The position numbers and the translations under genes were made by a program. A stretch of 64,000 bases of DNA. Origin: an archaeon GW2011_AR15 (GTDB taxonomy: Archaea > Nanobdellota > Nanobdellia > Woesearchaeales > GW2011-AR15). Numbering within the stretch: position 1 is the first letter of the stretch; each line of letters opens with the position of its first letter. Of the stretch, positions 28,332 through 38,318 are shown piece after piece. The notes under the pieces are model-generated. The model was not told the DNA's origin, did no database searches, and was given only the letters and a program-made list of their open reading frames with translations. The stretch is from positions 352,001 to 416,000 of the forward strand of contig CP010425.1 of the NCBI GenBank assembly GCA_000830295.1, given 5' to 3'.

Positions 28332-29795
28332 TTACATGTGCTCCAGGCCCCAGTGGTGGCCGTTTTTCTTCACAAGCCTGTCAGCTGCTTCAGGCCCCGG
28401 ACTTCCTGAGCTGTAATAATGCAGCCTGATTTTTTTCTTTTTCGCAATTACCGGGTCAATCACTTTCCATGCTGCCTCTACTTCATCCCACCTTGTGAAC
28501 AGGGTCGGGTCTCCAAGAAAGATATCATGCAGCAGTTTTTCATATGCCTCGGGGGTATTTATGACGAAAAGGCAGCTATGGCAGAAGTCCATGCTTACAT
28601 TTTCTATTTCAAAATTATTCCCGGGCGTCTTTATGTTCATCCTGAGGTATATGCCTTCATCAGGGAATAATTTTATTATAAGCGCGTTCGGGTGTATGCC
28701 GCCTGAAAACTTTGACAGCAGTGATGTGTTCCTGAAATAGACAATAATCTGGACGAGCTTCCTGTCAAGGTTCTTGCCTGTCTTGAGATAAAAAGGGACG
28801 CCTTTCCACCTTTCATTGTTTATGCAGAATTTTATTGCCGCGAACGTCTCTGTCCTTGAGTCTTTTGCAACACCCTCTTCATCTTTGTAATCAACAGAGC
28901 CTTTCAATGCCCCTTTCCTGTACTGGCCTATGACAATATCATTTTTTTTCGGGATTGATATTTCCCTCAGCACTTTTACCTTGCTGTCCTTTACTTCACC
29001 GGGGTTGAAATTCTTGGGCGGGGACATTGCTATAAGGGACAGTATCTGCATCATGTGGTTCTGCATGACATCCTTTATTGCTCCGTACCTGTCATAGAAT
29101 CCTCCCCTTGTGCCGATTCCCGTGTTTTCCAGGAGGGTTATCTGGACATTTTCTATGTTCCTCTCCCCCCATGCAGGCTCGAATATCTTGTTTGCGAACC
29201 TCAGCGCAAAAAGGTTCTGCACTGCCTCTTTCCCGAGGTAATGGTCTATCCTGAAAATCTGGTTTTCTCTGAATGCCGTATTTATTATTTTATTCAGCTT
29301 CCTGGCAGATTTCAGGTCGTCCCCGAAAGGCTTCTCTATTATCAGCCTGTGGTCTTTTCCCTTTGCAAGAAACTTCTGCTTCCTGAGATTCTTTATTATG
29401 GGCTCGAATTTGTCCGGGAGAGTGGCAAGGTAAAAAATCCTGTTTCCTGCTGTCCTGTATTTTTTATCTGTATCTTCAAGGAATTTTTTCAGCCCTGCAT
29501 AGGAATCCGCTGTATCAAAATCATTCCTGTAATAGAAGACTCCTGAAAGGAACTTGTCCAGCCTGTCAAATTTTTCTTTTGGCAGGAATTCTGCCATTGA
29601 TTTTTTTACATCCTGCCTGAAATCATCATGGGTCTTGTCTTTCCTGGCAACCCCCACTACTGCAAAATTCTTCGGCAGCTCATTTCTTACATAGAGCCTG
29701 TAAAGCGCGGGCATCAGCTTCCTGTGCGTTAAATCTCCTGTGGCTCCGAATATGACGAAGATGCAGGATTCAAGCATTTTAAGTTGTCCCCCCAT
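28332..29795 (-). CDS. zwf: Glucose-6-phosphate 1-dehydrogenase (bacterial/eukaryotic type)
   Basis: GATGDL..RKL.PAL, IEKPFG, RIDHYLGKE, DVMQNH and RWKGVPFY motifs; start could instead be 29777. Confidence 0.97.
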   Translation of the reverse strand: MGGQLKMLESCIFVIFGATGDLTHRKLMPALYRLYVRNELPKNFAVVGVARKDKTHDDFRQDVKKSMAEFLPKEKFDRLDKFLSGVFYYRNDFDTADSYAGLKKFLEDTDKKYRTAGNRIFYLATLPDKFEPIIKNLRKQKFLAKGKDHRLIIEKPFGDDLKSARKLNKIINTAFRENQIFRIDHYLGKEAVQNLFALRFANKIFEPAWGERNIENVQITLLENTGIGTRGGFYDRYGAIKDVMQNHMMQILSLIAMSPPKNFNPGEVKDSKVKVLREISIPKKNDIVIGQYRKGALKGSVDYKDEEGVAKDSRTETFAAIKFCINNERWKGVPFYLKTGKNLDRKLVQIIVYFRNTSLLSKFSGGIHPNALIIKLFPDEGIYLRMNIKTPGNNFEIENVSMDFCHSCLFVINTPEAYEKLLHDIFLGDPTLFTRWDEVEAAWKVIDPVIAKKKKIRLHYYSSGSPGPEAADRLVKKNGHHWGLEHM

Positions 29796-29871
29796 TCCAT
29801 TAAATCAATCGGGATTCTTATATTAAGCTTTCGATACAATCTTTAAATATAACCTGCTGTTAGAAACCAGG

Positions 29872-30666
29872 ATGCTAAGGTCAGATATCAACAGGATGAT
29901 AGAGGAGGCAATGCGGGAATTTGAGAAAAAAGGGCTTATCCTGCCTGCGTGGGCCTATTGGGATGTCAAGGAGTGGTATAAGAATCCTGGGCTTGGAAAT
30001 GAGATAAGGAAAGATGGGCTTGGGTGGAGAGTGAGCGATTTCGGGCTTGGAGATTTTGATTCTTATGGCGGAGTGTTCTTTACAATGTCTAATTCACAGG
30101 TTGAGGCTGGCAGCAAAGAAAGCATAGATCAGCTGCATTCACTGAAATATATTTACAGAAGAAATGGGCAGGGAGCCCCTCCGCATTTCCACTGGTCAAA
30201 AAGGGAGGAATATCTTAATCTGGGAGAAGGTATAACAACTGTGGCAGTGTACAACAAGACTGATAAAAACATGATTGATTATTATTCCCCCATAAGGATA
30301 AAGATAAACCACGTCTGGGCTGAGATTTCTGCCGGAGAGCCGCAGAGAATACCTCCGGGCAGTTCAGTCTACATTCCCGACAGGATAATACATTCATACA
30401 GCGCAGAAGGCAATTCTACTGTTGCCATGGAGATTGCAAGCAGGAACAATGATGATACAGACAACTACTGGGATGTTACAGAGGATAATAAATCAGGAAC
30501 TTACACACAAACCGAAGAGAACATTATTGTTCCCTGCGACAGGACGGCCGTTGCAATATTCCCGCAGCTGAATGAGCTTCCCGGAAGCGAGACGTTTGAT
30601 ATTCTTACCCTTCTCTACTCCCCTTATATCCCCCGCTCTTTGGCAAATTATAAAAAGTCCTCCTGA
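29872..30666 (+). CDS. D-lyxose/D-mannose isomerase-like cupin protein
   Basis: M.RS.IN, LP.WAYW, LGW.VSDFGLGDF, HFHWSKRE and NDDTDNYW motifs. Confidence 0.75.
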   Translation: MLRSDINRMIEEAMREFEKKGLILPAWAYWDVKEWYKNPGLGNEIRKDGLGWRVSDFGLGDFDSYGGVFFTMSNSQVEAGSKESIDQLHSLKYIYRRNGQGAPPHFHWSKREEYLNLGEGITTVAVYNKTDKNMIDYYSPIRIKINHVWAEISAGEPQRIPPGSSVYIPDRIIHSYSAEGNSTVAMEIASRNNDDTDNYWDVTEDNKSGTYTQTEENIIVPCDRTAVAIFPQLNELPGSETFDILTLLYSPYIPRSLANYKKSS

Positions 30667-30678
30667 TTTTTGTATTGC

Positions 30679-31515
30679 ATGAAATTCAGCAAGCTTCTTT
30701 TCGGCCCTGCCGGCATCCCCCTGTCAACAAAAGACAGGAATACGCCAAACGGGATAGCAAGGACAAAAGAGCTCGGGCTGGGATGCATGGAGCTGGAGTT
30801 TGTAAGGAATATAAACGTGAGCAGGGAAAAAGCTCCTGAAATAAAGAAAAAGGCTGAAAAGGAAGGGATAGTGCTGACATGCCATGCCCCATATTACATA
30901 AACCTTAATTCTGAAGAGCCGAAGACAAAATATGGCAGCATGAGCTACATAACAAAATCTGCTGAGATACTCAACCTGTGCGGCGGCTGGTCTGTCTGCT
31001 TCCATCCCGGCTATTACCTGAAGATGGAGCCTGAGAAAGTGTACAGCACAATAAAGGAAAGGATTGTGGAAATGAGAAAGAAGCTGGACGGCGAGGGCAA
31101 CAGTGTCTGGATAAGGCCTGAGACAACAGGGAAGCCCACGCAGTTCGGGAATTATAAGGAATTACTGAAGATATCGCAGGAAGTGGAAAGAGTGATGCCT
31201 GTTTTTGATTTCTCCCATTTGCATGCAAGGACTAACGGAAAATACAATACTGAAGCAGAATTCAGGAAAATTCTGGAGGATGTGGAAAAGGCTCTTGGAA
31301 AAGAGGGCCTGCACAACATGCACATCCATCTTTCAGGCATTGAGTACGGAGAGAAAGGGGAGAAAAACCACCTCATACTTGAAGAGTCTGACATGAATTA
31401 CAAAGAGCTGCTGAAAGTGTGGAAAGAGTTTGATATCCGCGGCTGCGTCATTTCTGAGAGCCCGAACATAGAGGAAGATGCGCTGCTTATGAAGAAGTAT
31501 TACGAGAGCCTATAA
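30679..31515 (+). CDS. nfo: Endonuclease IV (archaeal Nfo-type TIM barrel)
   Basis: FGPAG.P, ELEFV, HAPYYINL, HPGYY, ETTGK..QFG, DFSHLHAR and ESP motifs. Confidence 0.88.
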   Translation: MKFSKLLFGPAGIPLSTKDRNTPNGIARTKELGLGCMELEFVRNINVSREKAPEIKKKAEKEGIVLTCHAPYYINLNSEEPKTKYGSMSYITKSAEILNLCGGWSVCFHPGYYLKMEPEKVYSTIKERIVEMRKKLDGEGNSVWIRPETTGKPTQFGNYKELLKISQEVERVMPVFDFSHLHARTNGKYNTEAEFRKILEDVEKALGKEGLHNMHIHLSGIEYGEKGEKNHLILEESDMNYKELLKVWKEFDIRGCVISESPNIEEDALLMKKYYESL

Positions 31516-31516
31516 T

Positions 31517-32695
31517 CTATCTCTCATACATTTTTGCATTTTCTGTAAACCCTGTAACCTCTGACGCATCTTTTCCCGGAAATGCTTCAAACCTGATTTT
31601 TCTTTCTTCTGTCATCTGCACGAGGACAACGCCTTCTACCTGATCATATCCCTCTGTATAGATTCCTTTTGCAAGGAATTTTCTGTCCCAGTAATCCCCG
31701 TCTGCTGTAAAGTAATCATATTGGACAAGCTCATATTCTACAACTCCTGTTTCTGCGCTGAGATCCGCAGGATCGGGGGTATTTCCTTTGACTGCATACT
31801 GCCTGGAATTTTCCCCGTCATAATTACCGATTGATAGGACTATCCTGTCAGGGTCCAGATAATCATATGCAAAAGCAAGATGGCCCAGCCAGTATCTTCC
31901 GGGCCCTCCGGCGTAGCCCTTTGTTCCCTCCAGGAACCAGTTGCCAACAAGCCTGCCATCAATATCATAATCAATCTTTCCTGATATCGGCTCGGCTGTA
32001 CGGAGATTTTTCTCAATTAACCTGCTCTTTACAGGCTCGTTGAAGTAATCAAATGTATTTGGGGGGACATGTATTTTCCACGGCTCTCCGTTATAATGCT
32101 CTTTTACAACAAAACCAGGCAGGACAACTTCTGTATCAACAAGGTTATAATCCACATTCTTTGAATAATAGCCTATTATTTCCCCTGCTTCAACAGGGAC
32201 TCTTACACTGACATAGCTATTGGCAGCAGGAGCATTTTCTTTTAGTTTTTCAGATAGTATATCAATATGGATATAGATGCTTGAAACAGTGCAGGTGTGT
32301 TCTATCACAACCCTATAATCCTTCCCCGCTGGTGCCCCTGGCATATGCTGTATGCTTGTCACATAGCCGTCCCCCGGGGAATATACTTCTATATCCGCCT
32401 CTTCATTATCAAAGTCCTGGAAATAGTGATGGTCAATGGGAGTAACATGGCTATCTATCATTAGTCCGAGAGGAATCATGACTTTTGTCTTCTCCAGATT
32501 TACAGGAGGATAATCAAATTTTATATCGGCTTTGCATCCTTCTTCCTGTTCCCTGGGTTCGGAGATATCATTGCTTTCTGCTAGACCGTTGTTTTCCTCT
32601 CCTGCTCCTTTTTCAATATTATCCCGAGTGCATGCGCTGATAAAGAGAATAAATACTACAAAAAATACAAGAAAAGGCAGTTTAGATATTCTCAT
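31517..32695 (-). CDS. Hypothetical secreted lipoprotein (partial M23/barrel-sandwich-like segment)
   Basis: Lipobox FISAC; HVTPIDH, VYSPGDGYV and V.AGEIIG segments. Confidence 0.6.
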   Translation of the reverse strand: MRISKLPFLVFFVVFILFISACTRDNIEKGAGEENNGLAESNDISEPREQEEGCKADIKFDYPPVNLEKTKVMIPLGLMIDSHVTPIDHHYFQDFDNEEADIEVYSPGDGYVTSIQHMPGAPAGKDYRVVIEHTCTVSSIYIHIDILSEKLKENAPAANSYVSVRVPVEAGEIIGYYSKNVDYNLVDTEVVLPGFVVKEHYNGEPWKIHVPPNTFDYFNEPVKSRLIEKNLRTAEPISGKIDYDIDGRLVGNWFLEGTKGYAGGPGRYWLGHLAFAYDYLDPDRIVLSIGNYDGENSRQYAVKGNTPDPADLSAETGVVEYELVQYDYFTADGDYWDRKFLAKGIYTEGYDQVEGVVLVQMTEERKIRFEAFPGKDASEVTGFTENAKMYER

Positions 32696-32750
32696 CCGGC
32701 ATTATTATTTTTTATTCTTTAATAACTTTTTGGGGCATGCATAATTTTTT

Positions 32751-33227
32751 CTAAATCCTTGGCAGCCATCTTGGCACTTTTTTCAAATAGTCTCTATATC
32801 CCTTTCCAAATCTCTTCTTTAGTTTCGGCTCTTCTTCAAAAACAACATAAAAATGTAGAACCATTACTAATATTAGCAGATAGATTAACAGCAATACATG
32901 CCCAAGAATAAGGAAATAAGAAAGAAAAACAGAAAAATGCCCCAGATATATTGGATTTCTTACGTATCTGTAATTTCCTTTAATGATGAACTTTTTTGCT
33001 GGTTCTGTCGGAAGAGGAGTGCCTTCCCCAAATTTGTTAAAAAGGGATATGCAGTAGAAGAAATTTGCTATACCCAATATGAAAAAGAATATGCCAAAAA
33101 TTTTCATCTCCATATTTGAATAACGCGGAAGGCCAGTTATGTTGTTTAAAGTAACAGCGCCATAGGGCAGCAATATGAAAAAAATTAACAGTATGGAGAT
33201 AACGAGCAAAAGTGATTTGATTTTCAT
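32751..33227 (-). CDS. Isoprenylcysteine carboxyl methyltransferase / PEMT family membrane protein
   Basis: GEGTP, GNYRYVRNPIY and EEP.L.KRFG..Y..Y.K.VPRW motifs. Confidence 0.88.
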   Translation of the reverse strand: MKIKSLLLVISILLIFFILLPYGAVTLNNITGLPRYSNMEMKIFGIFFFILGIANFFYCISLFNKFGEGTPLPTEPAKKFIIKGNYRYVRNPIYLGHFSVFLSYFLILGHVLLLIYLLILVMVLHFYVVFEEEPKLKKRFGKGYRDYLKKVPRWLPRI

Positions 33228-33320
33228 AATCAATATGTTTTGTTCCCTGTTTATATGGGTTACGGAATATGTGTTCTCTGATTCAAAACCTTTTTAAATC
33301 CCTGCCGAATCCAAGAGCCT

Positions 33321-33485
33321 ATGGAACAATGCTTAACATGCAAGACAAAGATTACCAACCTTAAAGGCACTGCAAGATTCAAGTGCCCAAGCTGCGGGAA
33401 ATACGAGATAATACGGTGCCCAAGCTGCAGGACAATTGTTGCAAAGTACACCTGCCCGGAATGCGGCTTTATAGGTCCAAACTAA
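33321..33485 (+). CDS. Small Zn-ribbon protein (DUF1610/HVO_2753-like), absent from the ORF track
   Basis: MEQCLTC...FKCPSCG...RCPSCR....YTCPECGFIGPN; conserved position immediately upstream of aEF-1beta. Confidence 0.9.
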   Translation: MEQCLTCKTKITNLKGTARFKCPSCGKYEIIRCPSCRTIVAKYTCPECGFIGPN

Positions 33486-33486
33486 A

Positions 33487-33765
33487 ATGGCGAGGGTAGT
33501 TGTCACGTTCAGCATCATGCCTGAATCTCCTGATGTTGACCTTAAGGATATTGAAACTAAATCTCTGGAAAAAATAAAATCATTTGCAGGCACGGATGAC
33601 TACAAGGTATCAGTAGAGCCTATTGCATTTGGGCTAAAGGCAGTGAAGATAATGTTTGTCATGGACGAAGACAAAGGCTCAACAGACGACCTTGAAGCGG
33701 ATATAGAGACAATTGACGGCGTGAATTCTGTTGAAGTTACTGATGTCAGAAGGGCTATCGGATAA
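33487..33765 (+). CDS. ef1b: Translation elongation factor aEF-1beta
   Basis: IMPESPDVDL, EPIAFGLKA and GVNSVEV motifs. Confidence 0.95.
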   Translation: MARVVVTFSIMPESPDVDLKDIETKSLEKIKSFAGTDDYKVSVEPIAFGLKAVKIMFVMDEDKGSTDDLEADIETIDGVNSVEVTDVRRAIG

Positions 33766-33828
33766 ATTTATTCTGAAATGAATCTTATTTTCAGTAACCT
33801 TTTTTAATAGCTTTTCTCTACACGTATC

Positions 33829-34542
33829 ATGGCAAATGATTCTGATATAATATCTTATATTACAAAAAACAGGTCATTTATTGATTATGTAAGGGAAATA
33901 AAGAGGGTTTCAGGACTGGATATAAGGGACATAGTAATAGAGGCTGCCCTGGAAAAAGACAGAGCCAATTTTTTTGATCTGGGATGCGGCTACGGCTATG
34001 CTTCCCTTGATTTTTTTAATGTTTTGGAAGAAAGATGCCTTCAGAAACGTGTGAACCCTGATATTCTGCAAAATGTTAATTATTATGGCTTTGACCTGTT
34101 TGTAAAGCCTGTAGAAAATAAAGACAGGAGAACTCATTTTGCTTATCCAAAAGATATATGCGATTCATTTGAAGGTTTTCCTGCCGCGGATATTGCGGTT
34201 TCTTTCTTCTCTTTTCCCTATCTTGATGATAAGCTTGGAGCCCTGAATTCCTGGTATACTTCCCTGAATAACAACGGAAAAATAATAACAACTCATTACT
34301 ATCCCCATCAGATAGAGGCACATGGCCTCAAGTTATCAGAAAAGGTTAATTTTGATTTGACGGAGATTTTCCCTGCTACTATAAAAAAGGGCAGCGACCC
34401 TCTTTTATTGGTTACCCGTAAGAATCCACCTGGCCATCTGCCGAAATTTCTGGCAAGTGAAATGGAAAATACGCACTGGTGGAGAGGAACTCCAAAAGGA
34501 TTTCATGCGGGACAAAAAATATCACATTATCTTATTGATTGA
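33829..34542 (+). CDS. Class I SAM-dependent methyltransferase-like protein
   Basis: FDLGCGYG, YGFDL and D..VS..SFPYL.DK motifs. Confidence 0.7.
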   Translation: MANDSDIISYITKNRSFIDYVREIKRVSGLDIRDIVIEAALEKDRANFFDLGCGYGYASLDFFNVLEERCLQKRVNPDILQNVNYYGFDLFVKPVENKDRRTHFAYPKDICDSFEGFPAADIAVSFFSFPYLDDKLGALNSWYTSLNNNGKIITTHYYPHQIEAHGLKLSEKVNFDLTEIFPATIKKGSDPLLLVTRKNPPGHLPKFLASEMENTHWWRGTPKGFHAGQKISHYLID

Positions 34543-35562
34543 ATTGCGGGTTCTTACACCCCACCCCAGGAAATGCGTCCTTGAAACTCCTTTCCTGACA
34601 ACATCCTCCACTTTCGGGATGGGCTTTTTCTTTGCCTGGCTCAGCCTGTGCAGATCATAAAAGCCCACAGCATCAATCTCAGATTCCTCTGAAATCAATG
34701 AAACCAGGCCAAATAATTTTTTGTTGTCTTTATCGCTGTTTTTCAGCATTGCCTTAACCAGTTTTTTATCCCACAATCCTCCAACCCACATCGGCCCTGC
34801 ATAATCAAAGCCTTTCAGGCAATTATGCTCAGAGACCTTTCTCTCCTGTGTTTTCCTGTTCCAGAGGAGATATGCATGCTCTTTCAGCAGTTCATCCGCT
34901 TTTTTCCTCCCTTTTTCAGCCCTCAAAAACACCCGGTAGTAATGGTCTTTTGAATATGAAAAAATAGGCCTGAGGGATTTTTCATGCTCTGCCCCCACAA
35001 GCTGCACTTTCCTTATCAGAATTCTTATTGCAGTCTCATGCATGAATTCATTTCTCAGGGGCTTTGCCCAGTATTTCCTTCTGCACGCAAGAGGAGAGCT
35101 GCCCGCGAGCGCTGCTGTGTCTGTTGCTGTAACTGCGAGTATGCCGTTCCTTGCAAGCCTTACAATTGCAGAATCGAGAAAGGGATTTGGGGAGCCGAAT
35201 GGGTCAATATCAATATAGTCAAACCCCCTGCTTTCCAGCAGGAACATATTGGCATCCTTGCCGAATACCTCTCCTTTAACCCTATTCATCTCAAGGTTTT
35301 TCTTTATGCTCTCAGAAGTTTTGTAGTCATTGAATGCAATGCTCTTTATCTTGCCCTTTTTCAGCTCCTTAAAGAATCTTATTCCCCTTACTCCTGACCC
35401 TGCAAGCGGCAGCGCAATCTGCATGTCTTTGTCAGGCACAGAATCCAGAAGCAGGACAGAAACATCCCTGTTCAGCTTCATCACAGGATTATAGAAAACT
35501 CCCAGCTGCTTTGATATTTTGCCGGAAGGCACGTCAATTTCCGCGCTCTCTTCAGTGACCAT
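34522..35562 (-). CDS. trm1: tRNA (guanine26-N2)-dimethyltransferase
   Basis: VFYNPVM.LNRD, AGSGVRGIR, IDIDPFGSP, VTATD, HY.RVF and GPMW.G.L motifs. Confidence 0.95.
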   Translation of the reverse strand: MVTEESAEIDVPSGKISKQLGVFYNPVMKLNRDVSVLLLDSVPDKDMQIALPLAGSGVRGIRFFKELKKGKIKSIAFNDYKTSESIKKNLEMNRVKGEVFGKDANMFLLESRGFDYIDIDPFGSPNPFLDSAIVRLARNGILAVTATDTAALAGSSPLACRRKYWAKPLRNEFMHETAIRILIRKVQLVGAEHEKSLRPIFSYSKDHYYRVFLRAEKGRKKADELLKEHAYLLWNRKTQERKVSEHNCLKGFDYAGPMWVGGLWDKKLVKAMLKNSDKDNKKLFGLVSLISEESEIDAVGFYDLHRLSQAKKKPIPKVEDVVRKGVSRTHFLGWGVRTRNSINKIM

Positions 35563-35594
35563 AATGGATAAGTAAAAAGAAAGGGTTAATTAAA

Positions 35595-35951
35595 TTAATT
35601 GTATAAAAAGACCCAGCTGTGCGTTGTGCTCCTGTGGCCGTCATCATTGTATGTGTCGATTATTACAGGATAATAACCCGGGACTGCATCCTGCGGAAGC
35701 TCCATTGCAAGGTATGCCCTCTCGCCTGCCTGTTTCTTTATTGTTACTTCATCTGTTCCTGTCCTGGATCCGAAATCCGGGAAGTAGCCTCTGACACTCA
35801 CATCGTGCAGTGTTGACGGGCCTGGATTAAAGAATGATACCACCAAGGTCTCCTCATCTGAACTAAAAGCATCAGGATAGACCCTCACGCTAAGCGCAGA
35901 GACGCTCGCTATTAAAAGCAGGAATATTGCTATAAGTGCCAGTTTTTTCAT
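35595..35951 (-). CDS. Small secreted Ig-like domain protein
   Basis: Signal peptide (VSA cleavage); N.G...L.DV and P.DA.PG.Y beta-sandwich pattern; GGGTGA SD. Confidence 0.65.
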   Translation of the reverse strand: MKKLALIAIFLLLIASVSALSVRVYPDAFSSDEETLVVSFFNPGPSTLHDVSVRGYFPDFGSRTGTDEVTIKKQAGERAYLAMELPQDAVPGYYPVIIDTYNDDGHRSTTHSWVFLYN

Positions 35952-36059
35952 TTAAACATCACCCTCTACTATTCCAAAGTGGTACTTTATATTTAAAGAT
36001 TGCCTTCTCTCTATGTTCCTATAACAAATTTTAAAAGCATATCTCTTGTTCTCTCATTT

Positions 36060-37823
36060 ATGGCAGAAAAATTAAGGCAGCCGATAATATCTGTGCTTGG
36101 CCATGTTGACCATGGAAAAACAAAATTATTGGACAGGATTAGGGGGACCGCTACGCAGATAGGGGAATCCGGAGGCATAACACAGGCCATCGGCGCCTCA
36201 ATCATCCCGCTGGATACTGTAAAAAAAATATGCGGGAGCCTGCTTGGAAACAAAATAAGCCTCACACTTCCGGGGCTGCTGTTCATAGACACTCCGGGCC
36301 ACGCTGCTTTCACCACGCTGAGGAAGAGGGGGGGAAGTATATCGGATATTGCGATTCTTGTGGTTGACATAAATGAGGGCCTGATGCCCCAGTCGCTGGA
36401 AAGCATAGACATCCTGAAAAACTCAAAGACGCCTTTTGTGATTGCAGCCAATAAGATTGACCTTGTCCCCCAATACAGGCAGGCTGACAAGTTTTTGGTG
36501 AAAAACCTCAGCGTCCAGGATCCTTTTGTGCAGGAGAAAATTGAAACAAAGATATATGAAATCGTCGGGAAGCTGTCAGAGATGGGCATTAATTCTGAAA
36601 GGTTTGACAGGGTTGAGGAGTATACAAAGCAGGTTGCCATAGTCCCTGTATCTGCAATAACCGGGGACGGCATCCCAGAGCTTCTCATGGTTCTTGTCGG
36701 GCTGGCCCAGAAATACCTTGAAAACTCGCTGAGGCTGCATGTGAGCGGGGGGGCAAAAGGGACTGTACTGGAAGTGAAAGAGACTGTCGGGCTGGGAAAG
36801 ACTCTTGATGTCATAGTCTATGACGGCCTGCTGAAAAAAAACGACAAAATAATCATAGGGGGACTTGAAAAGCCCATAAAGACCAGAGTGAAAGCCCTTC
36901 TGGTGCCGCTGCCTCTTAAAGAGATGCGGGACAAGAAAACAAAATTCATGGGAGTGAACGAGGTTGTTGCCGCAACCGGAGTAAAGATATCCGCCCCTGA
37001 TATTGATGAAGTTATTGCAGGCATGCCCCTCCAAAGCTATACAGAAGATACAAAAGAGGAAGTTATGAAGGAGATAAAGGCAGAAATCGGGGAAGTTATA
37101 ATCGAGACAGGAAGCTCAGGCATAATAATAAAAGCGGATACGCTCGGCTCTCTCGAGGCGCTTACTTTCCTGCTGAAAGAAAAAAATATTCCTGTAAGAA
37201 AAGCAGGCATCGGGAAAATATCAAAAAAAGATGTTGCTGATGCGGAATCAGGCCATGAAAAAAGCCCTACGGAATCTGTTATACTGGGCTTCAATGTCCA
37301 GAGGGATGCAGAGATTTCAGGAAATGAGAAAGTCAAGATAATAACAGGCGATATAATATACAGGATAATCGATGAGCTTGAAGAATGGCAGAAGCAGCAG
37401 GAGGAGATTATGGAGGCAAGGGCGCTTGATAATCTTGTGAGGCCGTGCAAAATCCAGATTCTCAAAGGGTTTGTTTTCAGGCAGAGCAATCCTGCTATTG
37501 TCGGCGTTGACATACTTGAGGGGAAGCTGGCAACAGGCACTGCACTGATGAAAAGCGGGGCCGGGATAACAACAGTAAAAGAGATCCAGCATGAGAAGGA
37601 AAACATAAAGAGCATCACGAAGGGAAAGCAGGCAGCACTTTCCCTTGACAAGGTTACTGTAGGCAGGCAGATAAAGGAAGGCGATATCCTGTACAGCTCC
37701 ATCCCGCAGGAAGATTTCAGGGAAATAAAGAAGCTCGCGAAATATCTTTCCAACGGTGAAATTGAAGTTTTGAAAGAGGTTGCTGAAATGATGAGGAAGG
37801 ACAATCCTGTCTGGGGTGTCTGA
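36060..37823 (+). CDS. infB: Translation initiation factor aIF5B (IF-2)
   Basis: LRQPII.VLGHVDHGKT, GGITQ.IGA, DTPGH, NKID, DTLGSLEA and FRQSNPAIVGV motifs. Confidence 0.97.
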   Translation: MAEKLRQPIISVLGHVDHGKTKLLDRIRGTATQIGESGGITQAIGASIIPLDTVKKICGSLLGNKISLTLPGLLFIDTPGHAAFTTLRKRGGSISDIAILVVDINEGLMPQSLESIDILKNSKTPFVIAANKIDLVPQYRQADKFLVKNLSVQDPFVQEKIETKIYEIVGKLSEMGINSERFDRVEEYTKQVAIVPVSAITGDGIPELLMVLVGLAQKYLENSLRLHVSGGAKGTVLEVKETVGLGKTLDVIVYDGLLKKNDKIIIGGLEKPIKTRVKALLVPLPLKEMRDKKTKFMGVNEVVAATGVKISAPDIDEVIAGMPLQSYTEDTKEEVMKEIKAEIGEVIIETGSSGIIIKADTLGSLEALTFLLKEKNIPVRKAGIGKISKKDVADAESGHEKSPTESVILGFNVQRDAEISGNEKVKIITGDIIYRIIDELEEWQKQQEEIMEARALDNLVRPCKIQILKGFVFRQSNPAIVGVDILEGKLATGTALMKSGAGITTVKEIQHEKENIKSITKGKQAALSLDKVTVGRQIKEGDILYSSIPQEDFREIKKLAKYLSNGEIEVLKEVAEMMRKDNPVWGV

Positions 37824-38267
37824 ATGAATGTTCTCAACATCCTGAATTCAAGGGAGAAGAAAAACATAGGCAGGCTCCTTGAAGGGCAGTTCGGCTGCAA
37901 AGGGGTGCTGGAGTATGAGTTTTTTATGAACAGCAAAAACAGGATCTTTCTTCTGAGCAAGGATGCCGGAAAAATTGACATGGAGGAGCTCAGGGTAAAT
38001 TCTCTCGGCATGTATTTCGGGGAAATAAATGACAGGGAGCTGAGGCTGAGCATTGAGGGGAGCCAGCTTATAGGGCCTTTAGCAAAAAAAAATGTGCTTG
38101 AGCTGGATGATGAGCAGGCTGCAAGGTGGATGGCAGGAGAGGACTTCGAGGTTGAGACCGGATTAAAAGGATTTGCACTAATAAAAAACAGGGAAGACTT
38201 CATGGGATGCGGAAAGATTGCGGGGAAAAAATTACTCAACCACGTGCCTAAAGAAAGAAGGGCGTAA
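37824..38267 (+). CDS. Nip7/RsmF C-terminal-like pre-PUA/PUA protein
   Basis: GMYFG, RLSIEGSQLIG, W..GED, G.GK and NHVPKERR motifs. Confidence 0.75.
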   Translation: MNVLNILNSREKKNIGRLLEGQFGCKGVLEYEFFMNSKNRIFLLSKDAGKIDMEELRVNSLGMYFGEINDRELRLSIEGSQLIGPLAKKNVLELDDEQAARWMAGEDFEVETGLKGFALIKNREDFMGCGKIAGKKLLNHVPKERRA

Positions 38268-38318
38268 TTTATTGATTTTTGTATAATATTTATATATAAG
38301 GTGCGTATTTCCGATGCG

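Noticed and set aside
33380-33430. Direct repeat GTGCCCAAGCTGC
   Set aside because: Encodes the two CPSC knuckles of the Zn-ribbon protein; the tracked minus-strand ORFs here are shadows.
37037-38239. 400-aa minus-strand ORF
   Set aside because: Ser/Phe/Ile-rich mirror of aIF5B and the Nip7-like gene; a typical antisense shadow. The same applies to most short overlapping ORFs in the track.
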